From IMG/VR virus record IMGVR_UViG_3300012347_000169, positions 1 to 27,258 of that record: 27,258 nt of DNA; one strand, written 5' to 3'. Both the position numbers and the translations under genes were made by a program. The stretch's first letter is position 1, and every line of letters begins with the position of its first letter. Positions 23,855-27,258 of the stretch are shown in pieces. Below the pieces are notes generated by a model. That model was not told the origin of the DNA. It searched no databases and saw only the letters and a list, made by a program, of their open reading frames with translations. Source of the stretch: a virus. Lineage: Duplodnaviria; Caudoviricetes.

Positions 23855-25146
23855 TATGCCCCTGCTTGCAATGTAGTTGGGATACCACCATCGTGCTCGA
23901 TTGGTGGGAGACCAAGATTCTTCATGGTTGATGCTGGATCAAAGCCTGATTGGATTAGCTTGGTTGCCATAGCTACCTTGGCTTCCATCTCTGGAGTGTC
24001 GGCAGCAGTCAAAGCAACGTTGGCTAGTGGTACACGGTAAGCATCGCCACCTGGAACTGAGGCTAATTCCTCTTTGCGACGGATGTCGTTCACTGACATG
24101 AAGCCAGCTTGTGATGCAACCGAGTAGCTCTGGATACGAGTTTGGTAGTCACCACGGAGCAAGCCATCGACATTAAATTTAAAGTAAGCCGGAGTCGGTA
24201 GTAGCTGGGTGTAAGCCCATTCGATCTTCTCGATGTATGGGCGAAGTGTGTGCACAACAAACTGGATTGCGTTCTGTTCCACAGATGCGTATGAGGCAGT
24301 GTCTGGGATACCAAGCATATGCAATGGAATGTTGAAAGCTCGTGCGATCTCCTCTACCGAGAAGCGACGTGATTCTAGGAACTGAGCAGCATCGTTCTTG
24401 ACCTGAGTGTCAACGTACTTAGCACCCTCTGAGAGAACACCAGTCTTGTGAGCTTTTCTCCAACCCTTGTGACGGTTGTCAAATGCTTCCGACAAACTCT
24501 TTGCTTGGTCGCCTGTGAGTCGCCCTGGGAACTCGATGATGCCGTTGGTAGTTGCACCTTGGCTAAAGAAAGTAGCGGCGTATGACTGGAGTGCTGAAGC
24601 GACACCCAAAGCATCTTGCAACTTCGTGACACGGCTGATGCCTCGCAAAGCTCCAGGCTCAAGCAAGTCAGTGATGTGGATAACTTCACGGGTAGTGAGA
24701 GCTTCGCTTTCTCCAGTGATAACGAACATCTTGCGACCAAGTGCGTTTCGCTTGATCTCAACAGTGTTTGGATCTAGCACTACTAGGTTCACAACGTCAC
24801 CGTTGCCGTCACGGAAAACACGGGTAAACGAGTTGCCGTGCACCAAGAGGCTAACTAGAACTTGCTGGTAGTGACCTTGACGAGTTGCATCTACGTCTGG
24901 CTGGTCAACCCAAGTCGGGCGTGGGCGGTATGGGTAGCGTTCGCCATCTTTTTTGAAGAATGTGTCTACTGGCAAAGTAGAGATTGTGTCTGAGATTAGG
25001 CTGACGGCTGAGAAGAAAGCGGTAATCTCAAAAGCGGTTTTGCCGTTGATGTTTGCACCAGCTTTGTTGACGGTGACTAGATCAGCACCAGAACCCCAGA
25101 CTGACTGAAACGAAACTGCACGAGTCTCGGTGAGTTTACCCAACAT
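23854..25146 (-). CDS. Portal protein, HK97 family
   Basis: LLVHGN, EVIHI, GISRV, QFLESRRFSVEEIARAFNIP and TLRPYIEKIE. Confidence 0.95.
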   Translation of the reverse strand: MLGKLTETRAVSFQSVWGSGADLVTVNKAGANINGKTAFEITAFFSAVSLISDTISTLPVDTFFKKDGERYPYRPRPTWVDQPDVDATRQGHYQQVLVSLLVHGNSFTRVFRDGNGDVVNLVVLDPNTVEIKRNALGRKMFVITGESEALTTREVIHITDLLEPGALRGISRVTKLQDALGVASALQSYAATFFSQGATTNGIIEFPGRLTGDQAKSLSEAFDNRHKGWRKAHKTGVLSEGAKYVDTQVKNDAAQFLESRRFSVEEIARAFNIPLHMLGIPDTASYASVEQNAIQFVVHTLRPYIEKIEWAYTQLLPTPAYFKFNVDGLLRGDYQTRIQSYSVASQAGFMSVNDIRRKEELASVPGGDAYRVPLANVALTAADTPEMEAKVAMATKLIQSGFDPASTMKNLGLPPIEHDGGIPTTLQAGA

Positions 25147-25277
25147 TACTTACGCTCCAATGCGAGACCAAATAGGGTCAATCCAAGACCAGCGATAATG
25201 ACACCTGCTGGTAGAAACCATAGTCCGACACCAATTGCTATTACAGCAATGCCAGAAGCTTGTAGCACAGTAGCCAT
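25146..25277 (-). CDS. 43-aa hydrophobic two-TM protein not in the ORF track (MATVLQASGIAVIAIGVGLWFLPAGVIIAGLGLTLFGLALERK)
   Basis: Translated by hand; TAATG overlap with portal; a usual position between terminase and portal. Confidence 0.78.
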   Translation of the reverse strand: MATVLQASGIAVIAIGVGLWFLPAGVIIAGLGLTLFGLALERK

Positions 25278-25286
25278 AGAACCACC

Positions 25287-26813
25287 CTAAATAAAGAATC
25301 GAGGATCTGCCTCGACTTCCATTCTACCTGCTGTTGCTCGATCAGCTGCAACTACCGCTGCTACAGCAGCATCGATACGGCGTGAGCTTGCACGGTTTTC
25401 TTTGACGATACGAACGCCAAGGTTGTCAGTCTTGGTGACTGCGTTAGACAAGTGCCTAGTCAGCAACGGGTTGCCGTCATGGGTTATGCGTTTCTCGGTC
25501 ACGTAGTCAAAGAACTTTGCACACGAAGTCACCATGCGACGAGCTGAGGTAGACGGGTACTCAACAATTGGTACTCCTTGGTCAGCCAGAACTTCCATAG
25601 ATCGTTGCCAGCGGAATGGGTCACAGGCTACTTCTCGTACCTTGGGGTACTTCTGGCAGAAGTTCAAAATGGTTTCCTCAACCTCGGCAATGTTTACACG
25701 CCAAGTGTCATCGTGGATGTTTGAGTCTTTCTCCCATGCCTTGACCATGAAGACGTGCGGTAGCTCGTCATCTGCCTGTGGCACTGTACAACCAACAATG
25801 ACGGTAGAGTCACCGCTAAAAGATCCGTCAAAGCCAAGCATGATTTCATCGTCAGGGCTAATCTCACGATCAACAGCACATTCTTCCCAAGAGCCAGCAG
25901 GTAGCCAGCTAATCTGCGAAGACACCCATTGATTCAAACGCTTAGTACGGAACTCGGCTTCTGGCGTTCTACGAATAGCAGACTCAAAGTCAGACCTTGC
26001 AACAATGTCATCAAATCCTGGATTGGCTTTACGCCACTGCTCTGGGTCTCGGTGATCGCCGTCAGGATCTGCTTCCCACCAAGCCATGAACATAGACGTG
26101 TCTTGCACTTCACCAAGGGCTATCTTCTTGCCGTCTTGATAAAGCTTGTACGCAATAGAGTCTTGTCCGGTACTGTCAGATTTCACACCAGCAGTTGTGA
26201 TGGCTACGAGCTGTGCAATAGAGCCACGGTTTCCCATAGCCAAAGAGAACACGTCGTACAGATCACGTGTCTTGTGAGCGTGGAGCTCATCCATAATTAC
26301 TCGGCTCGGGTTCAAACCTTCTTTTGAGTAAGCCTCTGCTGATACAACCTTGAATACGCTGTTAGTACCAGTGACGAAGATTGAGTCTTTGTAAACCTGC
26401 ACTAGTTCAGATAACTCGGAGTTCTCCACCATACGCTTAGCTTCGCCAAACACGATGCGAGCCTGTTCCTTTTCAGCAGCTACGGCGATGACTTCTCCAC
26501 CGTTGATACCTTCAGCCAGCAATGAATACAGACCAATAGCCGCACTAGCCAAAGCACTTTTTCCACTTTTTCGAGGCATCCCTATGAGGGCAGTGGAAGC
26601 TAGCAATCCGCCTTTTTCATCTCGGGCATACAGATGACGAAGTAACTCTTTTTGCCACGGTCTTAGTACCAAGCTTTGACCAGCTCGACCAGCAATACCG
26701 TCTTTACCAATAGAGCCAAAGCTCTCGGCAAACATGGCGGCGAACTCACCGTCTCCACGATCAATTGCTTCTTGCGGTACAGGTGTTAGCCAGGTTGGTG
26801 GCCAGCTATCCAT
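25287..26813 (-). CDS. terL: Terminase large subunit
   Basis: LRPWQ, MPRKSGKS (Walker A), VIMDELH (Walker B), ITTAG, GFDGSFSGD and RIDAAVA nuclease motifs. Confidence 0.97.
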   Translation of the reverse strand: MDSWPPTWLTPVPQEAIDRGDGEFAAMFAESFGSIGKDGIAGRAGQSLVLRPWQKELLRHLYARDEKGGLLASTALIGMPRKSGKSALASAAIGLYSLLAEGINGGEVIAVAAEKEQARIVFGEAKRMVENSELSELVQVYKDSIFVTGTNSVFKVVSAEAYSKEGLNPSRVIMDELHAHKTRDLYDVFSLAMGNRGSIAQLVAITTAGVKSDSTGQDSIAYKLYQDGKKIALGEVQDTSMFMAWWEADPDGDHRDPEQWRKANPGFDDIVARSDFESAIRRTPEAEFRTKRLNQWVSSQISWLPAGSWEECAVDREISPDDEIMLGFDGSFSGDSTVIVGCTVPQADDELPHVFMVKAWEKDSNIHDDTWRVNIAEVEETILNFCQKYPKVREVACDPFRWQRSMEVLADQGVPIVEYPSTSARRMVTSCAKFFDYVTEKRITHDGNPLLTRHLSNAVTKTDNLGVRIVKENRASSRRIDAAVAAVVAADRATAGRMEVEADPRFFI

Positions 26814-27249
26814 TCTTCTTATCCTTTAGGGCAAGCAGTTCTTCTAGCTTGCTCTTGGTCTTGGCTGATACCAAACCAAGTCGGGTTCTGTCGGCAGGGG
26901 TAAAGCCAAGCAGTGACAGGTTGCGGACAATCATTGTCTCTGTGTCGTTTAGTTGCTTCACCATGTGCCACTCATCGGGGTGATCAAGTATGTGCTGCCT
27001 TAGCCACTCTCGGCGGTCTAGCTGTTCACACACCATCTGCACTAGCTGAGTATCGGTGCGGATAGAAATCCACAACTCGCCCTTACCAAAGATTGATTCC
27101 CATAGCTGAGTGCCAGCATCACCCAACGGGCGTAGTGGTTCTACGTAGCCATAGTCCAGTGGAGCTATGCCATCGTTCGTGCGGATCTTGTGCTGACCTG
27201 GATTGCCTTGCAGGATCTTCAGCTCTGCTGGCTTCGGTGGATTTCCCAT
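26806..27249 (-). CDS. terS: Terminase small subunit (P27-like)
   Basis: PKPAELKILQGNPG N-terminus and LGFTPADRTRL C-terminus. Confidence 0.9.
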   Translation of the reverse strand: MGNPPKPAELKILQGNPGQHKIRTNDGIAPLDYGYVEPLRPLGDAGTQLWESIFGKGELWISIRTDTQLVQMVCEQLDRREWLRQHILDHPDEWHMVKQLNDTETMIVRNLSLLGFTPADRTRLGLVSAKTKSKLEELLALKDKKNG

Positions 27250-27258
27250 GTGCCCAGC

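Larger units (their letters stand above)
1..27258 (-). mobile_element. Tailed dsDNA bacteriophage genome segment (siphovirus-like, HK97 head module), probably infecting Actinobacteria
   Basis: Terminase-portal-protease-capsid-tail-tape measure-lysis order with tightly coupled genes and no host housekeeping genes. Host is inferred from WhiB, NrdH and leaderless promoters. Confidence 0.95.

Noticed and set aside
13361-26983. Many plus-strand and alternative-frame ORFs inside structural genes (e.g. 15994-16557, 24476-24871, 25534-25932)
   Set aside because: They are shadows of well-supported minus-strand genes and lack recognisable motifs.
1-27258. Integrated prophage, tRNA genes or alternative genetic code
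   Set aside because: I saw no integrase, att-like junction, host genes or tRNA cloverleaf, and all three stop codons terminate genes normally.

Overview
The window is most of the genome of a small tailed dsDNA phage with siphovirus/HK97-type morphogenesis. WhiB, NrdH and TAnnnT leaderless promoters point to an actinobacterial host (inference). All genes except whiB are on the minus strand. Reading right to left: small and large terminase, portal, multidomain prohead protease, major capsid, a GT4/GT2/cytidylyltransferase cassette, head-tail and tail genes (chaperone with a -1 frameshift), tape measure, minor tail proteins, a secreted Pro-stalked double-lectin protein, M23 endolysin and holin. 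Then come whiB (+), YqaJ exonuclease and annealing protein, HNH, a Dam-type MTase split by a G11 tract, a split/overlapping C5 MTase with a repeat array, a ~320-nt highly structured intergenic RNA candidate, a degenerate His-Cys-box protein, SSB, RusA, wHTH and NrdH. I saw no integrase, polymerase, helicase, primase, tRNA or CRISPR array. Best leads: the structured RNA and its neighbouring protein (1982-2638), the FBA-like plus SUEL-like lectin surface protein, the possibly phase-variable MTase, and the glycosylation cassette. All calls come from reading motifs by eye; no searches were run.
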